The position numbers and the translations under genes were made by a program. From Polyplosphaeria fusca (taxonomy: Eukaryota), in contig ML996104.1 of NCBI GenBank assembly GCA_010093805.1, positions 1 to 64,000 on the forward strand: a stretch of DNA of 64,000 bases, given 5' to 3'. The stretch's first letter is position 1; the number at the start of each line of letters is the position of its first letter. Shown one piece after another: positions 13,837-27,500 of the stretch. The notes below the pieces were generated by a model. That model searched no databases, was not told the origin of the DNA, and worked only from the letters and a program-made list of their open reading frames with translations.

Positions 13837-13998
13837 TATCACTCGGGCTGATGCGCGGCTGGATGGCAATGCGCCGGCACGACGGGGCAGCGGGCGGAGG
13901 CTGCTGGATTCGAGGTTGTGCTGCGGAGCGCCGAAGCGGGCTAGGGGTCTCTAATTCATGGAGAATGGGGGCGGGCTGCGAGGGCACACATGGGTGGC

Positions 13999-14337
13999 GG
14001 CGACGGCGACGGCGACGGCGAGACGTGGACGAAGGGCGAGCACAGTGGGCAGGACGGGCAGGACGGGCAGCGAGCAAAAGGGCGTGGCGGATGGCGGATG
14101 GCGATGCGGGCGGCGGTCTGAGGGCAGGCAAAGTAGTGTGGAGGATGGGATGAACGGGCTTGGGGTTCTCTCCACTGAACGGGGCCGGCGTGGTGGGCGC
14201 GCGTTGGCCCCGACCCAACTCGCTCGGCTGTCGAGGGCGCGCGCGGGCGTGGGCGGGCTGGAAGTGCACAAAAGAAGGCCGTCCCGCCCGCCACCAGCCA
14301 GAAGAGCAACCAGACCAGCCAGACCAGCCAGACCAGC
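13999..14337. repeat. GC-rich short tandem repeats upstream of adenylate cyclase
   Basis: (GGCGAC)x~4 at 13999-14021 and (CCAGACCAG)x3 at ~14310-14337. Confidence 0.75.
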
Positions 14338-15158
14338 TCGACGAGCACGACGACGAGCACCACCAGCCCAGCTCAGGCGCTCGTCGTGCCTGTGTCTCTG
14401 TCTGTCTTCGTGTCGCCTGGCAGCCGCACCTGCGCGGTGAAGCAGCTCCCCAAGGCTAAAACAGCTGCATCCACCTCCCTTTGCCCCCCCCGCCCCGCTT
14501 ACCAACGGACGCGCCCCAATCTGCCTCGCTCGCCCACGCCCCAAAGCAACTTGAACCGCACCGCACCGCACCCACCGCACCACATCGTGATCGTGATATC
14601 ATCGTCGTCGCTGCGTCGTCGCTGGCCTGCCCTTTGTTCTCGCGCTGCCGTGCCCCCCGTGGCCGCACGCCGGAAACAGGCCAACGCGCACCCCTCGCCT
14701 CGTCAGAGAATATGCACGCCTTGGCCTGTTGCGACGCACTCTTTGTCGGGGGTTCACTCAGGAAACATCGCTGTCGCCGCCATCGTGAGCACGCCGACGC
14801 CACGCCGTCTCACCACTAACTGCTCCACTGCGTCGCTGTCTGCACCACACAAAGGTATGCCACAGCTGCATCGAACACATCGGACCCCGTTTATGTGCAA
14901 TATCATCAAGGCAGACTTGCACATTCTAGTGCACCACCGTTACACACATGTGAGCCATCGCCGCGCCTGGCCCATGGCTCCTCGTCCCAAATAGAACCTA
15001 GGCAAAGATACTCCTTACTTGTACAGACATACTCGCCTCATAACATGCCGTGTTGCCACCATAACCCGGCCCCCCTTTGTCATCACCACTCAGCCCTCTG
15101 CTCTATACGTGAACGAAGAACCTGTCGTGTGCCCACCACACTTGGTTGCCTTTCCCCC

Positions 15159-17591
15159 TCATGGCCCCCGACCGCCCCCAAGCGTCCTCAGAATGTCATG
15201 GAGAGACGGCTCTCCCGCCTGTGAATTGTTCGGTGGCGGTTGCGCGTGCCCTTGCCCTGCTGCACTGGATGGTGCCGCTTGCTGGTTCATGGCAGCCGCG
15301 AACTGGAGCCACTGAGCCCATTGTACCAGATTCTGCTGCTGCTGCTGCTGATATTGGTCTGTGCCTTGCTGTGGCGCCTGCTGCCCACTCTGTTGCCCGT
15401 ACATGTTGGCGTTGGCATTGGCATAGGCTCCAGCTGGAACCGCCGGTGCACCAGCGGTAGAATAATAGTTAGTGGGAGGGTACGCAGCCGCAGAGCCTGG
15501 CATAGACCATCCTGCCGTGTTGATGGCGCTATTCTGCGCGTACGCATTCGCACTTGCCGAAGCATGTGGAGCGGAGGTTGGCGCCGGAGTAGAAGCCTGC
15601 GCGGGAGCCTGAGTGGGATTGGCTGGCGAGCGATGCTTCCGCTGTCTTTTCTTGCCCCGGGGAGGAGAGTGCTGCGGCGCCTGCTGAGCTTGCTGAGCCT
15701 GTGGACCTTGCGGAATCTGTTGCCCCTGTGGGCCCTGAGGACCCTGAGGACGTCCATGTTTCTGTCTGGCGGGAGATGCCGACGAAGCAGATCTCTGTTC
15801 GCGCTGCTGCATGGCATTCCGCGGGCGGTTGTGGTCCGACTGCCGTCCACGGTCCTGCTGTCTTCCGCGTTTGTCTCCCCGATCCGAGCCTCTGGCGAAC
15901 CGGTTTCCCCGATCACCTCGTCCACCCCCTGGTGGCCCGCCGAAACCACCCCGTCCACGAAACCCACGACCACGGTCGGGCCATCCGCCTCGCCCTCGCA
16001 TGGCCCCACGTCGGACATGACTTCGATCTTCGAGGGGAGCGCCTGCACCAACAATGTCTTCGAAGTGATCAGGCCTTCTGACAGGTCGATACATGCCGTC
16101 GTCGTCGTCATCATCATCTTCGCCATAGTTCAAACCACCGCCCTGGTATTGTTGGGGCTGTGACGGAACCGGCACATCGGTGTGTGGGGGTTGAGCAGGT
16201 GCATCTTGATGTTCCCGACCGGCGTCTATCTTGGCCCTCTTTGCCTCCTTCTGACTTCTTTTGAACTCCGCTTCCTTTTCGTCATCGGAAAATTCCACAT
16301 CGTTGGTTTCCTCGTCATGGAGGTTAGACGCGTCGGTAAACTTTTGTTTCCTCAAAGGTTCTGTGAACACGAAACCGGAGTGTTCGTCGACGTAGAATAC
16401 TTTTGTGTCCTTTGCAATCCCAAGACTGGCAATCTCGGAAGCATTTGGGAATCCTAAAGAGTATCTTGGCTCACGGACTCGTCCCAGAGTTTCGGACACC
16501 TCTCCTATTATAGTGCGGTTCTCGAGGCAGAGAGGCGAGCCTTGCGACAAGACCTGGTAGTCTCCTGACACATTTGCCTTTATCAAAATGAGGTTGTCGA
16601 CCACTGATTCCACCGCCCCCAGATATGTGATCTTTGTGTCCTCTGTCATTGGTATATCAGGCTTCTTGTACTCTTCTGCGACCTCGTTCAGCGTTTTGAT
16701 TTTGGCCTTGGCTGCTGTGGCCAGGTCGTCTGTACTCTCGGCCATCAATCTCCGGACCTGTTCCTCAGGATCTAGTAGCTCGCCTTCATCCTCAGATGCT
16801 TCTCCCTCTTCTGAGCTGTCTTCATCAGAGTCTTTACTTGACGACGAATCCGACGATCCTCCATCCGAGGAGTCGAACTGAAACTCCGCATTGGGGTTGC
16901 CTATATTGGCTTTCGCCGCTCGTACGAACTCAGCCCTTGCATCGCCCGTGTTCTCTACTTTGGCGGGCGTTGACGAAGATGCGAATGAGGTTATGTCTGG
17001 CATCGGCTGCTGTGGAACTTGCAAAGGTGTACCCGTATCGCTTGCGTGCTTGTTGGCGCTTTTGGCCTGCGTGAGACCTCCTAGTTGACCATTAGCTGCT
17101 TGGAGATGGTCGAGAGCCGACCCATCTGCCGCAATTCCATTGGCGAGCGTGTCGTCGGCTTCCCCCAAGAGCGCAGCTTCCAGCGGGGCTGTAGCGTCAT
17201 CCTCAGAGATGTGCGCGTCTTGATTTTCTGGGTCATTCTCGGCGGGCTGTGCCTCGTTGTACAGATCCTCGGAATCAGATATCTCTCCATCCTCATTCAT
17301 TTCGTCATCATGGTGAGGGCCATCCTGCTTGGGGAGGGCAGGCGCTGCTCCCAAAAAGCCGAGGCCAGGGATGGACAAGGACGATGGGCTTGTAGCAGAA
17401 GGCGCAGAATTCGGCGATGCTACTGGGCGATCTTCAGGGTTGGGTGCAGACGAGGGCAGCTTGACGGGGCTGGTGTCGTAGAAATCGTCGTCCATATCAT
17501 CGACGGGCGATCTGGGCACATCGAGCGTGCCATCGGCAGGAGCATCGAAACGTGTCCTCTTCGCAGGCGGCTCTAGCTCGGGAGGATCCAT
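15159..17591 (-). CDS. NAF1: H/ACA snoRNP assembly factor Naf1
   Basis: Intronless ORF from MDPPELEPPAKR. Gar1/Naf1 domain (LGAVESVVDNLILIKA...IGEVSETLGRVREPRY), motif TDASNLHDEE...EFSDDEKEAE, and an RGG/Q-rich tail. Confidence 0.93.
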   Translation of the reverse strand: MDPPELEPPAKRTRFDAPADGTLDVPRSPVDDMDDDFYDTSPVKLPSSAPNPEDRPVASPNSAPSATSPSSLSIPGLGFLGAAPALPKQDGPHHDDEMNEDGEISDSEDLYNEAQPAENDPENQDAHISEDDATAPLEAALLGEADDTLANGIAADGSALDHLQAANGQLGGLTQAKSANKHASDTGTPLQVPQQPMPDITSFASSSTPAKVENTGDARAEFVRAAKANIGNPNAEFQFDSSDGGSSDSSSSKDSDEDSSEEGEASEDEGELLDPEEQVRRLMAESTDDLATAAKAKIKTLNEVAEEYKKPDIPMTEDTKITYLGAVESVVDNLILIKANVSGDYQVLSQGSPLCLENRTIIGEVSETLGRVREPRYSLGFPNASEIASLGIAKDTKVFYVDEHSGFVFTEPLRKQKFTDASNLHDEETNDVEFSDDEKEAEFKRSQKEAKRAKIDAGREHQDAPAQPPHTDVPVPSQPQQYQGGGLNYGEDDDDDDDGMYRPVRRPDHFEDIVGAGAPLEDRSHVRRGAMRGRGGWPDRGRGFRGRGGFGGPPGGGRGDRGNRFARGSDRGDKRGRQQDRGRQSDHNRPRNAMQQREQRSASSASPARQKHGRPQGPQGPQGQQIPQGPQAQQAQQAPQHSPPRGKKRQRKHRSPANPTQAPAQASTPAPTSAPHASASANAYAQNSAINTAGWSMPGSAAAYPPTNYYSTAGAPAVPAGAYANANANMYGQQSGQQAPQQGTDQYQQQQQQNLVQWAQWLQFAAAMNQQAAPSSAAGQGHAQPPPNNSQAGEPSLHDILRTLGGGRGP

Positions 17592-17980
17592 CAAAGGGAC
17601 TCCCTCTGCAGGTACGCGTCCGATGCTGATGCAGGCCACCGGGCAGGACCTGTGAACGATCTCTCTTCGCAAAGGCCCAAGAGATGTCTGCGTGAACTGT
17701 CTGTCCACCACGCACGCCTTAAAAAAGCCGAATCCTGGGACTCGCGAAGCGTGATATGTTCTGTCGCGTGCAGATGCAGAGGCGGATGCAGTGGCCTGTA
17801 GAATCTGCGCTGGAGTGGAGGTTTCGAGGCGCGTTCTGAAAGACCCGGTTCCAGGCTAGCCCCTTGGCACCGAGCCACTGAGCCCTACCGGCAGAATCTC
17901 GGCGGCCCTTCCGTCTCGACGTCGTCATGGCTTGCAGGTGAATTCTCCTCGGTTGGTTCGCATCGCCCTCTCCTCGCAGT

Positions 17981-19851
17981 ATGCCGCCCAAGACGCGTGC
18001 CGTAGCTTCACCAGCGAAGCCCGCGTCTGGGACCACCCCAAAGTAGGTTTCGCAATCTTTGCGGGCATGTTGGCTGCTGACACTGGCTTCACTAGGACAG
18101 TCGCCGAACCCCCTCAGATTGAGCCAATAGTTGCATTCTACATATTCCTTGCTGCCAACATCCTCGCTGCCGTCTTCTCTCCAATCCAGGATTGCGACGA
18201 GGTTTTCAATTATTGGGAGCCGACGCACTATCTGAGCCACGGATACGGCCTGCAAACATGGGAATACTCACCAGAGTTCGCCATCCGGAGCTGGGCTTAT
18301 ACAGGTCTCCACGCGAGTGCCATATGGATTGGGAACCTCTTCTTCCAGTCCAAAGTGTCTCAATTCTACTTCCTGCGGACCGTGCTAGCTTTCGTCTGTG
18401 CATTGTGTGAGACGCGCATGTACTCCACCATCTCAAGAACACTCAACTCGCGCGTCGCCATCTTCTTCCTCATTATCATGATCTTTAGCCCCGGCATGTA
18501 CCACGCCGCCCCGGCATACCTTCCTTCTAGTTTTGCCATGTACACGACCATGCTAGGATTTTCGGCCTTCATGGACTGGCAAGGAGGCATAAGAACCGCC
18601 CAAGGTATCTTTTGGTTTGCCCTTGGGAGCTTGCTTGGCTGGCCATTTGCTGGTGCATTGGTTCTTCCATTCATTATCGAGGAAGTACTGTTTGCAACAA
18701 TCTCCGGCGAGATGTATCAAGCTTTCCGGAGATTACTCGATGGAACTGTTAGATCCTTCATTGTCTTGGTGCGGTGCTCTATATTTGCACATGTACGACA
18801 TCTGCTAACGCTACGCCAGGCAGTCCAAATGGCCATTGATACTTTCTTCTACAAAAAGCTCACCTGCGTCCCGCTCAATATTGTCCTATACAACGTCTTC
18901 AGCGGAGGAAGCAAAGGCCCGAACATATATGGTGTGGAGCCATGGCACTTTTACATTCGTAACCTTGCCTTGAACTTCACTATATGGCCCTTCCTTGCCT
19001 TGGCTGCATTGCCGTTACTATTGCTACAACATCTCATACGCCAAAAGGCTGTTGGAAAACAAACGCTTCTTCGGGGTATCGTCTTCGTTAGCCCATATTA
19101 CCTTTGGCTTGGGGTTTTCACTCTTCAACCCCACAAAGAAGAGCGCTTCATGTATCCCGCATACCCTGCCTTGGCTCTCAACGCAGCACTATCGCTCCAT
19201 ATCCTCCTCGCAAATTTTGGGTCCAATGACCCGCGGGATGTGGCAAGTAAAATACCCCCAAAAATCAAGCTGCTCCTCGTGAGCAGCTTCATCCTAGGAA
19301 CCGTCGACTTAGGTATGCTTCGGACCATTGGGATAATGACCGCCTACTCGGCACCCCTGAAAATATATGCGCCCCTTCAAAGTTTGGGCGTAGCCTATGT
19401 CGGCGACAATGTCTGCCTCGGGAAAGAATGGTACCGCTTTCCATCCTCCTACTTACTTCCGAATGGCGTCCGAGCCAAATTCATCAAGAGTGAATTCTCC
19501 GGCCTCCTTCCTGGAGAGTTTAGCGAAGCGAGCGTTGGTTTCGGGCTCTTCCCGGGAGCATGGCTCCTCCCTTCCGGTATGAATGACGAGAACCGCGAGG
19601 ATCCCGGAAAATATTCAGATATCGACAGTTGCAAATTCATTGTGGATTCGCAAAGTCCTGAAGCAACCGCCCTGGAGCCAGACTATGTGGCAGATGAGGA
19701 ACATTGGGAGAAACTTTCATGCGCTATGTTCCTTGAGCCGAGCCAGACCAAACTTATTGGACGATTATTTTGGGTTCCAGATTGGCCTTTCATACCCGAG
19801 AGATATCATCGGAAGTGGAGAGAGTATTGTCTTTTACAGAAGCGGCAATAG
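17981..19851 (+). CDS. ALG9: Alpha-1,2-mannosyltransferase Alg9 (GT22)
   Basis: Motifs PIQDCDEVFNYWEPTHYL, QTWEYSPEFAIRSW, QPHKEERFMYP and GKEWYRFPSSY. ATG at 17981; introns at ~18043-18095 and ~18769-18819. Confidence 0.95.
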
Positions 19852-20808
19852 GATGTGCACCATGAGGAAGCATGGCCTAGCGTTTCTAAGGTTTTGGCTT
19901 GATGTGCGAGGCGGACACTATCCTTTGAGAGATAGTAATATTGGCATGATATGGCCCCTACCACTTCTTGTACTAGAAAGCATGACGATTGAATCATTGT
20001 CCAAACCTGTCTATCTTTGCAACATATCATCAGAACACTCAGGGGCGCATCTTCACAGGGAGCATCCGTGACATTTTGCGTGTGAGGGTGCTGCGCTCCC
20101 TGATGGTTTCTAATGTCAGAAATTGCCAAGCTCCCTCATGCGAAGTCTTCCAAGCGGCGGGGAAAACAAAGTCGCAATTCATACCCTTCATGATTATAGG
20201 CTTCGTGTTAATGATGTAAAGATCACTGCCTCTAAACTTGTCGGAAGGTGCGGAGTGCCATGGGGGGATAGCGAGCTTGTAACGCAAGTGTCTCCTGGGT
20301 GTGTGTGCCAAGTGTTCCAGTTGTGTCGATTTAAATAATGTCTATCAGTAGTTTGCCAACAAACCTTTCAGCTCATGGATTGTTTCTGGGAGCATCGTGC
20401 CATAGCCTTTGATGACTTGTTGCATTCTGGGATGTTATCAATGGGGAATTGGTACGGCCAGTGGAAATGCGGGACCAGAATATATCCAATCCAAGACCGG
20501 TCTATCGAGTAACACAGGTTCAAGATACTAGGCCTTAGTCTTGGGATAGTTGTGAAGCAAGATGCAAAGCCTCCCCAAAGTCCAGGAGGCCGTGTTGGGT
20601 GACATGTGCTTGCAGTCTGTGCAAGTCTGGATCACTTTTGAGAGACTCAAAAGCTTACAATGGTACGCACCATTCAACTGCTTGGAGGTGATTTGGCGGA
20701 AGGGGTGGCCCAAGCTCCAGCGTACGTCATTGGCCCATGAATAGATTCGCTTCCGACATTCTCCAGGCTTCACCAACCGAGCAATACCTACGAATCCTCA
20801 GCGTGGAC

Positions 20809-21904
20809 ATGTCGCAAGATCTTCTCAACAACTTTAGGCGCGTCTTTCTGTCTCCTGCTCGGGAAACTGTGATCGCGAGTCTGTACCCGCTCAAGGTGAG
20901 CTACATCCTTGAAGCTTCGCGCAGAAAGCCGGGCAAGAAGCCGTCAAGAATCAGGAAGACACTCTGACCGACGCTTAGGGAGTCTTCTACTTTCTAGGGC
21001 ATCCCTTTCTTTATCCTCTGCTACGAGCTCGCCTGCTACCCGCCGTTCTTCTCAGTTCCTTCGTCCTGCTCAACCTCTTCTTCTGGGCCTACCTACCACA
21101 GGTTGCCTTCCTCGCCATCTTCCACAAGAAAGGCAGTGCATGGGTCAACGGAACCTTTTTGGTTTTGGGAGAAGGCGCTGCTATAGTCGCTTTACTTTTT
21201 GAGGCTTTTTTTGCAGACGAGTCGCAAGTCGATGTCTTCGATGCTGTCTTGGTTCATAAAGGCTACGAGGACTTGGTCCAGCAGTTCCGGCCAGTATCGG
21301 AAGACTCGTTGAACAACCCTGTTAGGCGTCTGGGAAAGCCGACACGGTCTTCAGTCTATGCGCCATTTTCGTTCCGGCAGATCTTCGAGTTTGTCGTTCT
21401 ACTACCGATGAACTTTGTACCCTATTTCGGCGTACCTTTGTTTTTGTTCCTAACAGGGTGAGTTCATGCGGAATTGCAGAGCCATCGTGTTAAAGCACTG
21501 CATGCCTGTCATGCTGCAAACAATCGCTAACTGTTGGTCGACCTTAGGTATCGAGCGGGACCTTTCCAGCATTGGCGATACTTCAAACTGCGAGACTTTA
21601 ATAAGCAGCAGAGAGACGCGTTCGTCAAACGGAGACGGTGGCAGTACACTTGGTATGTTGCATCGACATGCGCATTTTAATAGTAAACGCGAGAGCGACA
21701 GGCCCTGTACTAACTAGTTGCTGCAGGTACGGAACCATCTACCTCGTGCTGCAGCTGGTTCCAGTATTCAGCATGTTCTTCCTCCTCACGGCTGCTGCGA
21801 GCTCTGCTTTGTGGGCGGCTGACCTTGAGAGCGAGCGAAGGCGACAAGAGGCTCGGATTGAGCCATCGCGGTACACAGACGAACCTGCAGATGACCTTGT
21901 ATAG
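20809..21904 (+). CDS. EI24-domain membrane protein (Lds1/Lds2/Rrt8-like)
   Basis: Spliced product ...YPLKGVFYFLGHPFLYPLL...AYLPQVAFLAIF...VDVFDAVL...LQLVPVFSMFFLLTAAASSALWAADLE, with three GT-AG introns. Confidence 0.8.
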
Positions 21905-22386
21905 CATCAGACTAGCATGAGACTACAATCTGTGGCCATGGTCATCTCCCACCCACCTTCAAATTAATGCACCTGCCCTTGTGGAACCTTTCATCGCAGT
22001 CGGTGGCTGTTGAGATGGCTGTTCAAGTCTCTCGTTTCTCGTCTCAACTCTACCATGTCGCGCTCAAGCTTCGAGCCGTGCCGTACAGTAGGCGGCTGCG
22101 GGTTAAGCTCAGGTGTCGTCGTGGCCTCGTGACGCACGACTGAAACCGTGAGCTGCCCCGGTAACACACTAGTACCTGCAGCTCATTGCGCTTAACCAGA
22201 TCCGGTTACGTGCCAAGCGGTTCAGGCAGCGGCGAGCGTCATCCTCGAGCTCCGCAACCGCCGGCTGCCCCAGCCACCATCCAAACACCTCCCCCCATCC
22301 ATCACCGCAACAGCTCCCCGTCTCTGTGCATTCTTCGCCGCTGCCATTATTTCCATCAGTTCCGAGCTCTCCAAATTTTCTTCGTC

Positions 22387-23755
<1,369 letters not shown>

Positions 23756-24541
23756 ACGTGTATAGTACTTGTTCGATGAAGACTCAGTATATGGGAGAGG
23801 AGTGATGGCACTTCCATTTGTTCTTGCACTCGCATGGGGTCAAATTGCAGTAATGGGACGATTCTGAAGTAACCCTCGTTTCCTGTGATTTTGGGCTAGG
23901 TCTAGCGATGTATGTACATTATCTAAATTGCACGTGGTCAGAGGATTGTCTGTGTGCATAGCCCTCGTGAACGCAACTGTCTTAGCCATTGATAAGAGTG
24001 ACGTCGCATCGAGGCGGTGCTGTGTGGCTCGGGCACCCTCGAGCTTCCATCGCTGAACATCGGCGGGGTTGGGGCATCAAGGTAGACGGACACACGGGCT
24101 GTCGAAGCTGCAACGAGAGCCGGAGGCCGCTCGTTGTTTTGACCGGCCGGATTCATGGGACGTGGCTGCCTTGGACTGTCTTATCAGTATCTGCAGCGTC
24201 TAGGCAGAGGTGCCTCAACCATCCCATGTGGTCCAAACGATTCGCTCGGTCCACCGTCACGCTAGGACGTGCAACTCGTGGACGTGAACTTGCTGTCAGC
24301 GCGTCAGTCCACCGACTCATCTCTTCAATATGTGACGATACGTTATTCTAACTGCCTGAAGCAGTCCGACTGCCATCTTCCTCGAGTAACAGCCGCTTAT
24401 GACTTCTGTCCCATCCGATCGCCCTGACACCCTTTGAGCGCCGTACCGCTCTCCCCGCTCTCACGCAACCCGCGTGCAACCAACTACGGAGTACTGCCGT
24501 CGGCACCATCTATCCTACGACGACAAACATACAAAACAACC

Positions 24542-27500
24542 ATGGCGTCCGAGGACCGTGGGCGAGACCGCGTGTCCCGCAAGCTGACCAAAAAGCGGAA
24601 AGGGTCACGAAAAGTGTCCATGGAGATACCAGAGAGGTTCAAAGACGGAGAAGACGCCCAGGAAGATGTTACGGCTCCGAAGAGGAAAGATGCCGTGTCC
24701 ATGAACCAGTCAATATTCTCCATGATCGCTCGAGCCGGGCAACAGTCTCAGACGGATCTGGGGACTATGCGCGAGGTAGACTGGGGAGACAGCGACGACG
24801 AAGCCAAGCGCCCCCCATTCCCCAACCTCGATGGCGCTGCACGATTGAGTCGTCTCAGCACCTTCAACGACTTTCATACTCCTCAGGAAGACTATGGCGA
24901 TACTAAAGCGCTGGACGGCAAGCATAGGCGAGCCCTCTCTGAGAACAAGCTTCTCAGGTCCCTGCCCAAACTTAAAATCTCCAGTAAGGGTAAGAGGGAG
25001 TCACGGGCAGTGGATCAAATGACTTCGTCTCAGATCCTACCGCCGAAACCTGTTCAGGAAGCATCCGTCGAGACTTCGGAAGACGAACCGCAGTTGAAGC
25101 GCAAATCCAAAATGATGCCAGGGCAGGACATACAAGTGGAGAAGCGGCGTCCGTCGTCTCGTCGGAGCAGAAAAGGCAGCACTGCAGGCGTAGTCAAAGC
25201 AAAAGCTCCCGTCACCCTTGCAAAGCGGCTGCAACAGATCTTTGAGTTTGAGGAAGTAGAAGACGTAATATCAGGTGTGTAATTGCAGGACGTCGATGGC
25301 ATGGGCTCACAAAGCAACAGAGTACCCTTGCTGGTTGCTCCAGAGCATTCTACTCCAGGGATACATGTACATTACCCAGAAGCACATATGTTTCTACGCA
25401 TACATTCCGAAGAAGCATGTAAGTTGTTCTCGCGCTACTACTGTGTGGCTTATAATAATTGGCACAGCACGATGTCAGTAAAACTGGGTACATTTCCAAA
25501 CGTGGTCGATCAAAGTACAATCGATACTGGTTCATCCTCAAGGGCGATGTCCTCGCTTACTTTACCAACCCCCAGGAATTATACTTCCCTCGCAACCGCA
25601 TCAACCTCCAGTATGCGGTGACCGCTGAAGTCCTGGAGAGCAAAGACAAGAACAAAGATGAAACTACATTCATGGTGACCACGGACGAGAGAAGCTACCA
25701 GTTCAAAGCCGATAGCGCCGTGAGTGCTAAAGAGTGGGTTCGGGCAATTCAGAAGGTCATCTTCCGAACGCATAATGAAGGAAACAGCGTCAAGATTTCG
25801 CTACCGATTCAGAATGTCATTGAGATCGAGGAAAGCACGATACTGGATTTTGCCGACACTGTCAAGATTCGTGTCATTGACAACGACGAAACATTTGCTC
25901 TCGATGAGGTAGGCGAACTTGCCCTAGGCCTCTAAAGTTAAAAAAAAGTTCTGACGGCGCATAGTATTTCTTTTCGTTCTTCTCCAAGGGACAAGATGCG
26001 TTGAACGTTTTGCGCATCATGGTTAATGACAATGATCATCATCAACGGGTGTTGAGCTTGAGAGTAGATAACGCAACTACCCAACATTCGCCACGCGTGT
26101 CAGTGCACAGTGACAACGCAGGCACTCGCGTCAATACCTCCGACACGCCCGAAATAAAAGAAAGCGTCCGCGCAACACTCTCGCCTTTGCCCCTTGTTGG
26201 ACGATCCAGCTTGAGCATGGACTCGCGGTCAAGCATCGACGGCAACAAAAAGAGCTTTGAGGTTCGGCGTAGCATGGATGCCTCTCGCACTCTTCGTCGC
26301 CCAAGTCACGAGATACGGCGCAGCTTTAGCGGTCATCGCCAGGATAAGCAAGCACGCGGTCGACCTGGTGACAAGTCGCCTTTATCTGCAAAGCCACAGG
26401 ACTCATCTGAGTCAGCGACAAATTCGTTCGACCCTGGTACAGAATCCTCGGCGGCGGTGCAGTCCATCGATGAAAGCAATGCTTCTGCGAGCCAAATACT
26501 GGGCCGCTCAGATGTGTTTCGCGCACCAGTTATCCAGCGGTCCAAGTATGCTGACCAGGGAATCTCTGATAACGTGGCAAGACATTCAGAAGATACCACG
26601 CGCTCCACAGGACTTGGTGCGACAAAGCTCAAATCAGCACGACTTTCACAACAAACGCGGGGAGGGAGCCCGCGCAATCACCAGGCAGCGCTTGGCGCGC
26701 CCGAAGTAGACGAGGAAACAGAGGCTCTCTCTAACGCTCGCCTATCAGGATCCTCATCTGCCCTTCAAGATTTCGCTTCATACCCGCTTCAAAAAGCCTC
26801 TGGCCTTGCAGGCTTCCTACGAACACGCTCCAAACGCATGACGAATATCCTCGCAACCGAGTCTATGGGATATTACGAGAAGGTATCAGGGATGTTAGCT
26901 GGAGGCCGGAAGCACTACAATACAGCCGAGGGTCTTGAACCCGGCGACCAAGTCCATGGTTTCGAGGACGAGGAAGACGCCGTTATTGCAGCCGAACACT
27001 TCAGGGAGCATTTTGCGTTTGACGAGAGCGAGCAACTGCAATCATCCTTTTTCGCGTCTCTCCAGCGAATACTGCCAAACTATGGCAAAATCTACATTAG
27101 CAGTCGGCACTTTTGCTTTCGCAGCCTGATGCCGACCTCGAAGACCAAGGTTTGTCCCCTTTCAATCTAGCCTTGTAATCAGAACTGACCGTCGCTAGGT
27201 CATCCTTCCGTTCCGAGATGTCGAGAACGTCAACAAGGAGAAAGGCTTTCGCCTAGGATATCACGGCTTGGCCGTGGTTATACGTGGACATGAGGAGCTC
27301 TTCTTCGAATTCTCGAAAGCCGAGTATCGCGACGAATGCGCCATCACCATTCTCCGAATTCTTGAAAGCACCAAGTACATCGAAGACGATAAGTCCTCCT
27401 CTTCAGGTATCGACAGCGATGACGAAGCTGCAAAGGCAGAACACGACCTTCTCCAAGAAGCACGGCAAGAAGCGGAGCCTGACGCCCCGGTCAACATGTC

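Noticed and set aside
13787..14994. Many 100-210 aa Arg/Pro/Gly-rich ORFs on both strands
   Set aside because: Products of GC-rich, repeat-containing promoter or leader sequence with few stop codons; no protein-like features.
19989..20776. Short ORFs between ALG9 and the EI24-family gene
   Set aside because: No recognisable motif and no convincing spliced model.
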